Assembly (NCBI GenBank): GCA_022844485.1
Contig: JALHLQ010000003.1
Location: 41,921 to 105,920 of the forward strand
Reading direction: 5' to 3'
DNA from: Xanthobacteraceae bacterium
GTDB taxonomy: Bacteria; Pseudomonadota; Alphaproteobacteria; Rhizobiales; Xanthobacteraceae
DNA: 64,000 nt
Below, piece by piece: positions 1 to 9,250 of the stretch (positions are counted from its first letter, which is position 1; each line of letters begins with the position of its first letter). The position numbers and the translations under genes were made by a program. The notes beneath the pieces were generated by a model. The model was given only the letters and a program-made list of their open reading frames with translations. It searched no databases and was not told the origin of the DNA.

Positions 1-131
1 CCGCGGCAAATGCGGCAATCGTGGGTCCGGTGCCCTTCGGCACGCCGTTCACGATCCTGTGCGCGTTGAGCTTGATGAGCCTTGTGGTCGGGCCGTTCGC
101 CGCCGCCGCGGCACTGCGGCACCTGGAATAG
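1..131 (+). CDS. ccmB: Heme exporter permease CcmB, C-terminal fragment (5' end outside window)
   Basis: Frame 3 reads AANAAIVGPVPFGTPFTILCALSLMSLVVGPFAAAAALRHLE, then TAG at 129-131. The tail is a hydrophobic helix. The position directly upstream of ccmC fits CcmB. Confidence 0.55.
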   Translation, partial: AANAAIVGPVPFGTPFTILCALSLMSLVVGPFAAAAALRHLE

Positions 132-179
132 GCATCGCACCGCATTGCGTCGCGGCGGCGGCGCGGCTAGGACGAACCC

Positions 180-968
180 ATGCCGATCATGGACTATGCC
201 AATCCCACGCGCTTCTTGGCTTTCGTCGAGCGCATCCTGCCCTGGCTCGCGGCAGCGACGGCGATTCTCCTCGCCGTCGGAATGTACAAAGCGTTTTTCG
301 TCGCGCCCGACGATTACCAGCAGGGTGCGACGGTGAAGATCATGTTCATCCACGTGCCGTCGGCGTGGCTTGGGATGTTCGCCTGGGGGCTGATGAGCGC
401 TTCCGCGCTTGGCACGTTGGTGTGGCGCCATCCGCTTGCCGACGTGTCGGCCAAGGCTGCCGCCCCGATCGGCGCGGCCTTCACCTTCATCTGCCTGGTC
501 ACCGGCGCTCTGTGGGGAAGGCCGATGTGGGGAGCCTATTGGGTGTGGGACGCGCGGCTCACCTCGGTGCTGCTGCTGTTCCTGATGTATCTCGGAGTGA
601 TGACGCTGTGGCGCACGGTCGAGGATCCGTCGCGTGCCGGACGCGCGGCGGCAATTCTGACGCTGGTCGGCGCCGTCAATCTCCCGATCATCAAGTTTTC
701 GGTCGATTGGTGGAATACCTTGCATCAGCCGGCGTCGGTCGTGCGCGTCGGCGGCCCCGCCATCCATCCCTCGATTCTCGTGCCGCTCTTGGTCATGGCG
801 GCGGCCTTCACGCTGCTGTTCATCACGCTGCATCTCGCCGCAATGAGAAACGAGATCTTGCGCCGGCGCATCCGCACCATGTTGATGCTGAGGGCCGACG
901 CCGCGCAGTCCTCGACGGCCCGTGCCCCGGAGAGCGGGTTGCGTTCGGTCAGCGGAGCGGCGACGTGA
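180..968 (+). CDS. ccmC: Heme exporter protein C (cytochrome c maturation)
   Basis: ATG at 180. Multi-pass membrane profile with the Trp-rich heme-handling motif WGRPMWGAYWVWDARL. Followed by ccmD and ccmG. Confidence 0.9.
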   Translation: MPIMDYANPTRFLAFVERILPWLAAATAILLAVGMYKAFFVAPDDYQQGATVKIMFIHVPSAWLGMFAWGLMSASALGTLVWRHPLADVSAKAAAPIGAAFTFICLVTGALWGRPMWGAYWVWDARLTSVLLLFLMYLGVMTLWRTVEDPSRAGRAAAILTLVGAVNLPIIKFSVDWWNTLHQPASVVRVGGPAIHPSILVPLLVMAAAFTLLFITLHLAAMRNEILRRRIRTMLMLRADAAQSSTARAPESGLRSVSGAAT

Positions 969-1141
969 ATCTCGGACCGCACGCATTCTTCATCGTGGCG
1001 GCCTATGTCATGGCCGGCCTCGTCATCGCATCGATGATTGCCTGGATCCTAGCGGACCATCGGCGCCAGCGGCAGACCTTGCGCGAACTCGAGACGCGCG
1101 GTCTTACGCGGCGTTCCAATCGCCGAACGGAGATGTCATGA
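965..1141 (+). CDS. ccmD: Heme exporter protein D
   Basis: GTG at 965 overlaps the ccmC stop (GTGA). The 58-aa product VNLGPHAFFIVAAYVMAGLVIASMIAWILADHRRQ... has one TM helix and a basic tail. This is the only credible part of the 59-1141 ORF. Confidence 0.7.
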   Translation: MNLGPHAFFIVAAYVMAGLVIASMIAWILADHRRQRQTLRELETRGLTRRSNRRTEMS

Positions 1142-1740
1142 GCACCCTTTCCCGCGACGAGCGTGTGACCAGCGGATCGCGCCAGCGGCGCATCATTGTG
1201 CTTCTGCCGCTGATCGGCTTCTTGGCGCTGGCGGCGCTTTTCTCTTTCCGGCTCGGCTCCGGCGACCCGTCGAAAATTCCCTCCGCGCTGATCGGCAAGC
1301 CCGTCCCGGAGACCGTGCTTCCACCCATCGCCGGGCTCGAGCGCGACGGCAAGCCGCTGCCGGGAATTGGGCCGAACGATTTCAAGGGCCATGTATCGAT
1401 TGTGAACGTGTGGGCGTCGTGGTGCATTCCCTGCCACGACGAGATGCCGTTCCTGCACCGCCTCGCCGAGGATCGCCGCATCCGCGTCCTTGGCATCAAT
1501 TACAAGGATCAGGCCGACAACGCGCGGCGCTTCATCGATCGCCACGGCAATCCCTTCGTGGCCTCGGGCGCCGATCTGAGCGGACGCGCGTCGATCGACT
1601 GGGGCGTTTACGGCGTTCCGGAGACGTTTGTTGTCGGGCGCGACGGACGTATCGTCCACAAGCTGGTCGGCCCGATCACCGCGGATAACATCGATGCCGT
1701 GGTGCGGGCCGCGATCGAAAAAGCCTTGGCGGGCTCGTAG
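1138..1740 (+). CDS. ccmG: Thiol:disulfide interchange protein CcmG/DsbE
   Basis: ATG at 1138 overlaps the ccmD stop (ATGA). N-terminal membrane anchor, thioredoxin active site WCIPC, and GVYGVPETF motif. Confidence 0.9.
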   Translation: MSTLSRDERVTSGSRQRRIIVLLPLIGFLALAALFSFRLGSGDPSKIPSALIGKPVPETVLPPIAGLERDGKPLPGIGPNDFKGHVSIVNVWASWCIPCHDEMPFLHRLAEDRRIRVLGINYKDQADNARRFIDRHGNPFVASGADLSGRASIDWGVYGVPETFVVGRDGRIVHKLVGPITADNIDAVVRAAIEKALAGS

Positions 1741-1742
1741 CG

Positions 1743-1787
1743 TGTGATCCCGAAAAGTGGGACGCGGTTTCCGGAACAAGGATCACG
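1743..1787. repeat. REP-like nested palindrome, single degenerate copy
   Basis: gtgatcc-cgaaaagtgggacgcggtttccgg-aacaa-ggatcac. Same core as the arrays at 37420-37522 and 50048-50208. Lies between convergent ccmG and the Bug-family gene. Confidence 0.7.
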
Positions 1788-1844
1788 GGCGAGACAAGCG
1801 TGAAAGGGGCGACGTGTTCGATCAAGAGAACCCCTCCCGAAGCA

Positions 1845-2804
1845 TCAGCCCTCCGCCTTGATGTTGTTGGCCACGACAACCTCGTGCCACTTCGTGGCTT
1901 CAGCGGCCACGAATTCAGCAAAATCCTCCAGGTTCATCGTCGCGATCTCAAAGCCCAGCTCTCTGAAGCGGACCTGCACACGCTCGGACATCAGCACCTT
2001 GTTGATCTCGGCGTTGAGGCGCACTTGCACGGATCTCGGTACGGCCGCCGGGCCGAAGAAGCCGAACCATGTGTAATCGTCGAACTGCGGGTAGCCGAGT
2101 TCGGCGAGCGTCGGCACCTCGGGCAAGGCGGCCGAGCGCTGCTTGCTGGTCACGGCGATCGCGCGCAGCTTGCCGTCCCTCACAAGCGGCACCGCGACCG
2201 GCATCGAGGTGCTGCCGATCGGCACGTGCCCCGCGACCACGTCGGTGACCGCACGCGCGGGCGTATAGGCGATATGAGTGAGATCGAAACCGGCTGCACG
2301 CTTGAGCCGTTCCATCGAAAGATGCGTCGTCGTGCCGGTCCCCGACGAGGCGTAATTGCCCGGGGTCGACTTCGCATGGGCGATCAATTCGGCGACGGTT
2401 CTCACCGGCATGCTTGGGTTCACGGTAATGATGTTCGGCGTGCGCGGTCCGAGCGCGATGGAGCAGAGATCGGCCACCACATCGTATCCCGCATTGTTGT
2501 AGAGGGACGGGTTGACGCTGATCGACACGCTGTTGGCGAGGAGCGTGTGCCCGTCGGGTGCCGCGTTTTTCACCTGTACGGTGGCGATATTGCCGCCTGC
2601 TCCCGGCTTCGGCTCGACGATGACGGATTGCCCGAGCGCCGGCTGAAGCCCCTCGCTCACCAGGCGCGAGACGACGTCCGTCGAACTGCCGGCGCCGTGT
2701 GCGACAAGGATCGTGATCGATCTGGTTGGCCAGCTTTGCGCGAAGGCAAATCGGGGCAGCACGGTTGCGGCGGCGGATGCGGCCAGAAAGCTACGGCGAT
2801 CCAT
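1845..2804 (-). CDS. Tripartite tricarboxylate transporter substrate-binding protein (Bug/TctC family)
   Basis: ATG at 2804 with GAGGAAA 5 nt upstream. Signal peptide MDRRSFLAASAAATVLPRFAFAQ, then SWPTRSITILVAHGAGSSTDVV, typical of the Bug family. The upstream part of the 1845-3326 ORF is Arg/Ser-rich junk. Confidence 0.85.
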   Translation of the reverse strand: MDRRSFLAASAAATVLPRFAFAQSWPTRSITILVAHGAGSSTDVVSRLVSEGLQPALGQSVIVEPKPGAGGNIATVQVKNAAPDGHTLLANSVSISVNPSLYNNAGYDVVADLCSIALGPRTPNIITVNPSMPVRTVAELIAHAKSTPGNYASSGTGTTTHLSMERLKRAAGFDLTHIAYTPARAVTDVVAGHVPIGSTSMPVAVPLVRDGKLRAIAVTSKQRSAALPEVPTLAELGYPQFDDYTWFGFFGPAAVPRSVQVRLNAEINKVLMSERVQVRFRELGFEIATMNLEDFAEFVAAEATKWHEVVVANNIKAEG

Positions 2805-2931
2805 GGGGGTTTCCTCTCGGCGGCCACGGATTGATTCCGCATGCCGGACGCGTCTCGTTTTGGCCGAGACCGTCCGGCGATTATGCACGGCGGCGAGGCT
2901 TGTACCAGCAGCCCGCGCCATCTCGCATCCG

Positions 2932-4005
2932 TCAACTGTCTCGCCGTGATGCGTCCTGGCCCTCTTTGATGACCTCGCGGGCCTCCTGCAGATCGGAGGC
3001 GTCTGCGCGTGGTTTCGGCTGGATCTCGCGCAGTTCCGACCGGTGACACAACTCGATATAGAGCGGAAAATGGTCGGAGCCGATGCTCGGCAAAACCGAA
3101 AGGCGGCGCAGCCCGAAGGCGTGGTCGAAGAAAACGTGATCGAGCGGCCATCTCGCGAGGCGGTAATCGGCATGGAAGGTTTGATAGAAACCGCGGCCGA
3201 TGCGCGGGTCGAGCAAGCCGCTGATCTTCTGGAAGAGACGCGTGGTCCGTGACCAGGCCACGTCGTTGAGATCGCCGGCGACGATGGCTTGCTGCCCTTG
3301 TTCCCGGATCTCTTTCGCGATGACAATCAGCTCGGCGTCGCGTTTGGCTGTATCGGAATGGGGCGGCGGCTGCGGGTGCAATCCATAAAAGGTTATGCGT
3401 CGGCCCGAGGGCAGGTTGACCCCGGTCTTGATCGACGGAGTGGCGTTGCTGATGAGATAGCGGACTTCGGGGGCGACCAGTTCCAGCTGCGACAGGAGGA
3501 CCATGCCATAGCTGTTCTCCTTCGGGTGGCGCACGGTGAACGCATAGTGCTGGTAGAGCGGGGCGAGTGCCCGGTCCCACCAGGCATCCGTCTCGACCAG
3601 CAACGCGATGTCGGGTTGCAGCCGCCGAAAGGCGTCGAAAAGACGCTCGGTCTCGCGGTTCTGCATGAGGACGTTTGAAACGAGGAGGCGGATTCGCTGA
3701 TCCGGCGCGCAATCTGCGTCCTCCACTTCGCGCGCGTGAAGGCGGGTGTAAGGCCACATGCGCACGACCTGCCAGAGGAGGCAAGCCGTGACGCCCGCCA
3801 GGAGAACGATCGTGGTCTGCGCTTCGAGCGGCAGCACGAACGCCGTCGCAACCAGGGCAATGACCAGGAGAACGGCGATCTGAAGACGGGGAAAATCCCA
3901 AATCCGGACCCACTTCTCCGTTGTGGGAACCAGAGGCAAAACGGTGAGTCCGATCAGGATGAGGTCCAGTCCCCAGATCGCGACGGTCAGCACCCGATCG
4001 AACAT
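2932..4005 (-). CDS. Membrane-anchored endonuclease/exonuclease/phosphatase (EEP) family protein
   Basis: ATG at 4005. Three N-terminal TM helices, then EEP-like motifs (LLVSNVLMQN, GDLNDVAWS, PSIGSDHFPLY). Confidence 0.75.
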   Translation of the reverse strand: MFDRVLTVAIWGLDLILIGLTVLPLVPTTEKWVRIWDFPRLQIAVLLVIALVATAFVLPLEAQTTIVLLAGVTACLLWQVVRMWPYTRLHAREVEDADCAPDQRIRLLVSNVLMQNRETERLFDAFRRLQPDIALLVETDAWWDRALAPLYQHYAFTVRHPKENSYGMVLLSQLELVAPEVRYLISNATPSIKTGVNLPSGRRITFYGLHPQPPPHSDTAKRDAELIVIAKEIREQGQQAIVAGDLNDVAWSRTTRLFQKISGLLDPRIGRGFYQTFHADYRLARWPLDHVFFDHAFGLRRLSVLPSIGSDHFPLYIELCHRSELREIQPKPRADASDLQEAREVIKEGQDASRRDS

Positions 4006-4126
4006 CCGCGTTCCGCCTTTCGTTCTACAACGCCCGGCGCCGGGCGGCGTTCTGTCCGAGCAAGCAAGGTCGGGGCCTGGTCACGGTTCTGCCGTCCCCA
4101 TCGGCATTGTTCTCGCTTTGCGTAGA

Positions 4127-5584
4127 TCAGTATGCGTCGTCGAGAATGCGGATCTGCTTGATGACGGTCTTCACCAGGATCCGGACGTCGAGCCAAAGGG
4201 ACCAGGAGGAAATGTACCAGAGATCATGCTCGACGCGGCGTTCCATGTCCTCGACCCGCGGTGTCTCGCCCCGGCAGCCATTCACCTGCGCCCAGCCCGT
4301 GATGCCGGGTTTCATGTGATGGCGTTTCGCATAATTGGCGATGAGGGCGTCGTACTCGGTCTCGTGCGCGAGCGCATGCGGTCGGGGACCGACCAGGGAC
4401 ATGTCGCCTTTGAGCACATTGAGCAATTGCGGCAGCTCGTCGATGCTCGTTCGCCGCAATAGCCGGCCGACTGCCGTGACCCTGGCGTCGTCGCGCCTGG
4501 CCTGCGTCACGACGGCTCCGTCTTCGAGCGTGGTCATTGTGCGGAACTTGTAGATGATGAAGGGGCGTCCGCTGAATCCGGCGCGCTTTTGCCGGAAGAG
4601 CGCGGGCCCCGGGCTGTCCAATCGGATCACGAGGGCAACGATCAGCAGGAGCGGCGAGAGGATGATCACGCCAAGACCTGCGACACTGAAGTCGAGCAGC
4701 GACTTCGAGAACCGCTCGAGGCCCGTCAGCGGCGGGCGCTGCATCTCGACTGCCAGCGTTGCCCCGACTTCGCAGACCGGGCGCTGCAGAAGTTCCCGCG
4801 TGTTGTGGTCGGGCAGCAGCTTCACCGCAAGCGGCAGAAGCGACAGACGGGCGGAGAGATCCTCAACCGGTTTCAGGTGGGACCAGTCCGCCGCGAGGAT
4901 GATCTCTTCCACCGGATGGTGGCGGGCAAATGCGACAACGTCGTTCACCGCCTCATCCACGGCGACCCCGCCCTCGGCGTCCCCGTTCAGCGCAACCGCG
5001 ACGACCTGGTCGACAATGTATCCGTCGCGCTGAAGCGATCCGATGACGTCCTGGCGGCTAAGCTGGAGGGGCTCTCCGACGACGATGACCCGCTTTCCCC
5101 GCAGTACGCCGGCGGAGACCGCCTTCGCCACGAAACGCGAAAAGCCGACGCGCACCGCCGTGACGGCGAACAGCCCGGTCACGAAAAACAGGAGCACGGT
5201 TCCCCGCGACAGGACGTCGCCGATCTTCAAGGCAAACGCGATCGCTGTCAGGAGAAGGAAGACGAACCCCCAGATCACCGCCACCTCGCGCAACTGGCGG
5301 CCCAATTGGAGGAGCATCGACATCCGATAGAGGCGCCGCGCATGGAGGGAGGTCACGAACAGCGCGGCCACGGCCAAGCCGGCGCCGAGATAGTTGCCCA
5401 GATCGCCGATATCCCCGAACTCGAACTGGTGATAGGCGACGCCCGCGCCGATGCTGGTCGCGAGGACCAGCACGATATCCAAGGCCGCAGCGACGCCCCC
5501 AACCGAGGAGTAGTCCACCGGCAGCCGCGCGCGGCGAACCACGGGCACAGTTTCACCGAAACGCAACTCGCGGGCGGACCCCAT
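4127..5584 (-). CDS. Undecaprenyl-phosphate hexose-1-phosphate transferase (WbaP/ExoY-type initiating sugar transferase)
   Basis: ATG at 5584. N-terminal TM block and a central nucleotide-binding-like domain. C-terminal bacterial sugar transferase motifs: DELPQLLNVLKGDMSLVGPRP and KPGITGWAQVNG. Confidence 0.9.
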   Translation of the reverse strand: MGSARELRFGETVPVVRRARLPVDYSSVGGVAAALDIVLVLATSIGAGVAYHQFEFGDIGDLGNYLGAGLAVAALFVTSLHARRLYRMSMLLQLGRQLREVAVIWGFVFLLLTAIAFALKIGDVLSRGTVLLFFVTGLFAVTAVRVGFSRFVAKAVSAGVLRGKRVIVVGEPLQLSRQDVIGSLQRDGYIVDQVVAVALNGDAEGGVAVDEAVNDVVAFARHHPVEEIILAADWSHLKPVEDLSARLSLLPLAVKLLPDHNTRELLQRPVCEVGATLAVEMQRPPLTGLERFSKSLLDFSVAGLGVIILSPLLLIVALVIRLDSPGPALFRQKRAGFSGRPFIIYKFRTMTTLEDGAVVTQARRDDARVTAVGRLLRRTSIDELPQLLNVLKGDMSLVGPRPHALAHETEYDALIANYAKRHHMKPGITGWAQVNGCRGETPRVEDMERRVEHDLWYISSWSLWLDVRILVKTVIKQIRILDDAY

Positions 5585-5800
5585 CGCACCAGCTTTTCTA
5601 TTGACTCAACTCTGTGAGCTTAAGCGACCCACGAGACAAACAACCTTCTTGGGGGTTCGTTCCGCATCGCGGGAAAATTGTATGTTGCTGAGTTGATCGG
5701 ATTGCCGCGCGACGGCGTTGCATGGTGAGCGGACCGGAACGCGCTTCATCACCAAGGCCGCGGCGGTTCATCTCCTCTCCACCCATTCTGGTTCACATCC

Positions 5801-7378
5801 ATGAGTGCAAACCGAGCAGGCGACCTCTCCCCCCGCGCGAACACGGCATCGACGCAAGCGCGGTTTGCCGAGACAGGATTTTGGAACCCAGCCGTCGGCG
5901 TTCTCCTCTGCGCCTTGCTGCTGAGTTCCTTTGCAGCCCTCAATCGTCAGCCCTTTTTTTACGAGGACACGACCACGTACATCCGGGGCGCCAACGAGAT
6001 TGTGCGCCGCCTGATCGGCGAGACCCATGGCCGGGATTGGGCGCGAACGGAACCGGCGGCGCAGGCTCCCGGTTCGGCTCCCTCGAACCCGAGCCTGACG
6101 TCGCTCGAGAGCAGGATCGTCCTCTCCGGACGGTCGGTCTATTATGGTGGGTTGCTCCTGCTCTCCTATGTCTCGACGAATTTTTGGCTTGCGGTCCTCT
6201 TTCAGGCCCTTTGCGTGGCCTTCACGCTGCGATTGCTGCTCGTCGGTTGCCTGGGGCTGAACCCATCGCTGTCGTATGCGGCGGCGTTGGGGCTGGCAGC
6301 GCTGACACCTCTCGGCTACTTCACCGGTCTGCTCATGCCGGACATTTTTGCCGGCCTGAGTATTCTGATCATGGCCATGCTGTTCGTGTTCTGGGAACAG
6401 ATCGGAACGGCAGCGAAGTTCGCTTTGGCTGCCATCCTGACCTTCGGCCTTGTCAGCCACACGAGCCATATCGCCCTGGCCGCGGTGTTCGTCCCGATCG
6501 CGGCCACGATCATCCTCGTGCGTTCCGGGCGGAAGCACCTTCGCAAAAGTCCATTCGCGCTGGTCACGGTTTGCATTGCGGTCGCCATCCTGTGCGAGGC
6601 TGCGTTTGCGGTCGCGGTGTCGCGCGTGCTCGGACAGCCGCCGGTACGGCTTCCGTTTTTCACCGCTCACCTGATCGAGCTCGGGCCGGGGCTGGACTAT
6701 CTGCAGAAAAATTGCGCGACGGTGCAGTTCGCCGTTTGCGCGTTCCTGGAGCGATTGCCGGTCACCTGGATCGAGTTCCTGTTCAGTACGGACCCCAATC
6801 GCGGAGTGTTCGCCATCGCCGACCCGCAGATGAAGCGGGCTTTGTCCGAGGAGCAAGTCCGCTTCTTTTTGCATGTGGTCCGCGCGGCCCCCCTCGAGGT
6901 GATCATCGGCTTGGCCAAGGACGTGCTCGCGCAGATCGTCAGGTTCGGCATGATGGACGTCGCCTATGGGCCCGATCGATGGAACTACTTCGAGACGCGG
7001 CTGCCGCCGGGGACCTGGGCTTCGATGCAACGATCGCTGGCCTTCAACAACGAGCCGATTGAACTCGTGCTGACCGCGAGCGCTTACGGATCGACGATTG
7101 TTGGCGCGGCCGTGACTGCGGCCTATGCCCTTCTCAATTCTCACGAGCGCTGGTCGGGGTCGTCGGAAGGAGTCGCAGGAACCATTCCGACCTTCCTGGG
7201 GTTGGTGGCGGCAGGGATTCTCGTCAACGCTGTAGTTTGCGCGGCGCTTGCCTCGCCTTTGGACAGGTTTCAGGCTCGTGTCATTTGGCTTGTTCCATTG
7301 CTGGGCCTTATCGCGGCGGCGCTCTGGTATCGCGCGCACGCGCGGTCCTTGGAATCAAGGAACTCCATGGCCGCGTGA
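5801..7378 (+). CDS. Polytopic membrane protein of unknown function (GT-C-like layout)
   Basis: ATG at 5801. At least 10 hydrophobic helices, an acidic motif FFYEDTTTY after the first helix, and a large soluble segment (residues ~300-420). I cannot name a family. Coding is supported by length and a clean hydrophobic periodicity. Confidence 0.5.
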   Translation: MSANRAGDLSPRANTASTQARFAETGFWNPAVGVLLCALLLSSFAALNRQPFFYEDTTTYIRGANEIVRRLIGETHGRDWARTEPAAQAPGSAPSNPSLTSLESRIVLSGRSVYYGGLLLLSYVSTNFWLAVLFQALCVAFTLRLLLVGCLGLNPSLSYAAALGLAALTPLGYFTGLLMPDIFAGLSILIMAMLFVFWEQIGTAAKFALAAILTFGLVSHTSHIALAAVFVPIAATIILVRSGRKHLRKSPFALVTVCIAVAILCEAAFAVAVSRVLGQPPVRLPFFTAHLIELGPGLDYLQKNCATVQFAVCAFLERLPVTWIEFLFSTDPNRGVFAIADPQMKRALSEEQVRFFLHVVRAAPLEVIIGLAKDVLAQIVRFGMMDVAYGPDRWNYFETRLPPGTWASMQRSLAFNNEPIELVLTASAYGSTIVGAAVTAAYALLNSHERWSGSSEGVAGTIPTFLGLVAAGILVNAVVCAALASPLDRFQARVIWLVPLLGLIAAALWYRAHARSLESRNSMAA

Positions 7379-7504
7379 ACGGCCCCGACCTGTTCCCTCA
7401 CCCTTTTGCACCGCTGCCTCGCATCAAGGCCCTGTCCGCTGCCGCCTCGGATGCGGGGCGTGACCGGCTCTGCAATCTAGAACACGCGCAAGGAGACCGC
7501 TGAA

Positions 7505-8497
7505 ATGACCGAGATCGTAACCGGCGCCCGTGCTGCTCCCCGGCGGAGTGCGAGGCTTGCGGATTATCTCGCCATCGCGCGCTTCGACCACGCGACCAAG
7601 CACATCTTTATTCTCCCGGGAATCATTCTGGCCTACGCACTGCGCGATCCGAGCCTGGAGAACGCGGGTTTCTCGATCGTCGTCGGCCTCCTCAGCGCGG
7701 TGCTGATTGCATCCGCCAACTATGTGATCAACGAATGGCTCGACCGGGAATTCGATGCGTTCCATCCGTCAAAATCGAATCGGACCGCCGTCAACGCATC
7801 GCTCTCGCCGCCGCTCGTCTATCTGCAGTATTTTGTCTTGGCGGCTGCCGGAATTACGCTTGCAAGCGCGGTTGGAAGCTTGTTCCTCCTGGTTTCGATT
7901 TTCTTCCTGCTTTCCGGGATCGTCTATAACGTCCGTCCCATCCGGTCGAAAGACAAGGCCTATGTGGATGTCTTGACCGAAAGCCTCAACAATCCGATCC
8001 GCCTGATGCTCGGCTGGACGATGCTCGACCACGAGACGCTGCCTCCATCGAGTCTTCTGCTCGCCTATTGGATGGGCGGCGCCTTCCTGATGGGGGCGAA
8101 GCGTCTCTCCGAATACCGCGAAATCGCCGCAGGCCCGGGTCTGCCGCTGCTGCACCGATATCGACGCTCGTTCCAATACTACACGGAAACGAGCCTGACG
8201 GTGTCCTGCTTTCTCTACAGCATGCTGTCGGCCTTCTTCATCGCCGTCTTCCTGGTGAAGTACCGCATCGAATATGTCTTGGCGCTGCCGGCTTTCGCGA
8301 CGCTCTTTGCGCTTTACTTCGCGATATCGCTGGAGCGGGAATCGGTCGCGCAGAAGCCGGAGCATCTGTTCAGAGAGTGGCGTTTGATCGCCGTGTCCGG
8401 TGCGACCGCGGCCTTGCTGCTTGTGTTGACTTTCGTCGACATTCCGGCTCTCACGCATCTGTCGACGCCGCATTACATCGGCTTGTCAATGAAGTGA
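7505..8497 (+). CDS. UbiA-superfamily transferase, decaprenyl-phosphate phosphoribosyltransferase-like
   Basis: ATG at 7505. Eight to nine TM helices. The first Asp-rich motif NYVINEWLDREFDAFHPSKSNR resembles the NDxxDxxxDxxHPxKxxRP signature of polyprenyl-P phosphoribosyltransferases. Confidence 0.75.
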   Translation: MTEIVTGARAAPRRSARLADYLAIARFDHATKHIFILPGIILAYALRDPSLENAGFSIVVGLLSAVLIASANYVINEWLDREFDAFHPSKSNRTAVNASLSPPLVYLQYFVLAAAGITLASAVGSLFLLVSIFFLLSGIVYNVRPIRSKDKAYVDVLTESLNNPIRLMLGWTMLDHETLPPSSLLLAYWMGGAFLMGAKRLSEYREIAAGPGLPLLHRYRRSFQYYTETSLTVSCFLYSMLSAFFIAVFLVKYRIEYVLALPAFATLFALYFAISLERESVAQKPEHLFREWRLIAVSGATAALLLVLTFVDIPALTHLSTPHYIGLSMK

Positions 8498-8503
8498 TGG
8501 CTC

Positions 8504-9250
8504 ATGCCGCTTGTGAACGGGCCGCTGGAATGGCGCGCACTGCGCCTCGTCGTCTTCGATCTGGACGGAACTCTCTACGATCAGCGCCGCTTGCGCCTGC
8601 ACATGATGGGCGGGCTGGTCGGCGCATGGCTGCGCACGGGTGATCTCACCCCGTTGCGGGCGTTACGAGAGTTCCGCAAGGGCCGGGAAGAGCTGGGCGA
8701 TGCCGGCGCCGATGATTTCCTATCGCAGCAATACAGCCTCGCGGCCGAGCGCTGCGGCCTTGAGGCTGCGGAGGTGGAGCGACTCGTGAATGATTGGATC
8801 GAGCGGCGGCCCCTGCCCTATCTGCGGCGATGCCGGTGGCCCGGCGTCGACCTGATCTTTGCCGGATTGCGCCGGGCGAGAATAACGACTGCGGTCTTCT
8901 CCGACTATCCCGCGCGCGACAAGCTCGACGCGCTCGGGCTTGAAGCCGATTTGATCGTCTCAGCTTGCGATCCGGACGTCCTGCGTCTCAAGCCGCACCC
9001 GCGCGGATTGGAGAAGCTCTTGGAGCAAACTGGTATCCGGGCGGACCAGTGTCTGATGATCGGCGACCGCATCGATCGCGACGCTTTAGCGGCTAGCCGG
9101 CTCGGCATCCGGGCGCTCATCAAGTCGAGGCGGCCGCATCCGACTGTCGATACATTTCGGACCTATACGGACGGACCGTTCCGCCCGCTCCTTGCCCCGC
9201 ACGAAGGCTCATTGTCGGTTCGCGGCGCCCTCCGTCAAAACGTCTCCTGA
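8504..9250 (+). CDS. HAD-superfamily phosphatase
   Basis: ATG at 8504, 6 nt after the UbiA stop. HAD motif I VVFDLDGTLYD and motif IV MIGDRIDRD. Confidence 0.8.
   Translation: MPLVNGPLEWRALRLVVFDLDGTLYDQRRLRLHMMGGLVGAWLRTGDLTPLRALREFRKGREELGDAGADDFLSQQYSLAAERCGLEAAEVERLVNDWIERRPLPYLRRCRWPGVDLIFAGLRRARITTAVFSDYPARDKLDALGLEADLIVSACDPDVLRLKPHPRGLEKLLEQTGIRADQCLMIGDRIDRDALAASRLGIRALIKSRRPHPTVDTFRTYTDGPFRPLLAPHEGSLSVRGALRQNVS

Noticed and set aside
59-1141. A 360-aa ORF spanning the whole ccmC region.
   Set aside because: It overlaps ccmC in another frame and has an Arg/Gly-rich nonsense composition. Only its last 58 codons (from GTG 965) make sense, as CcmD.
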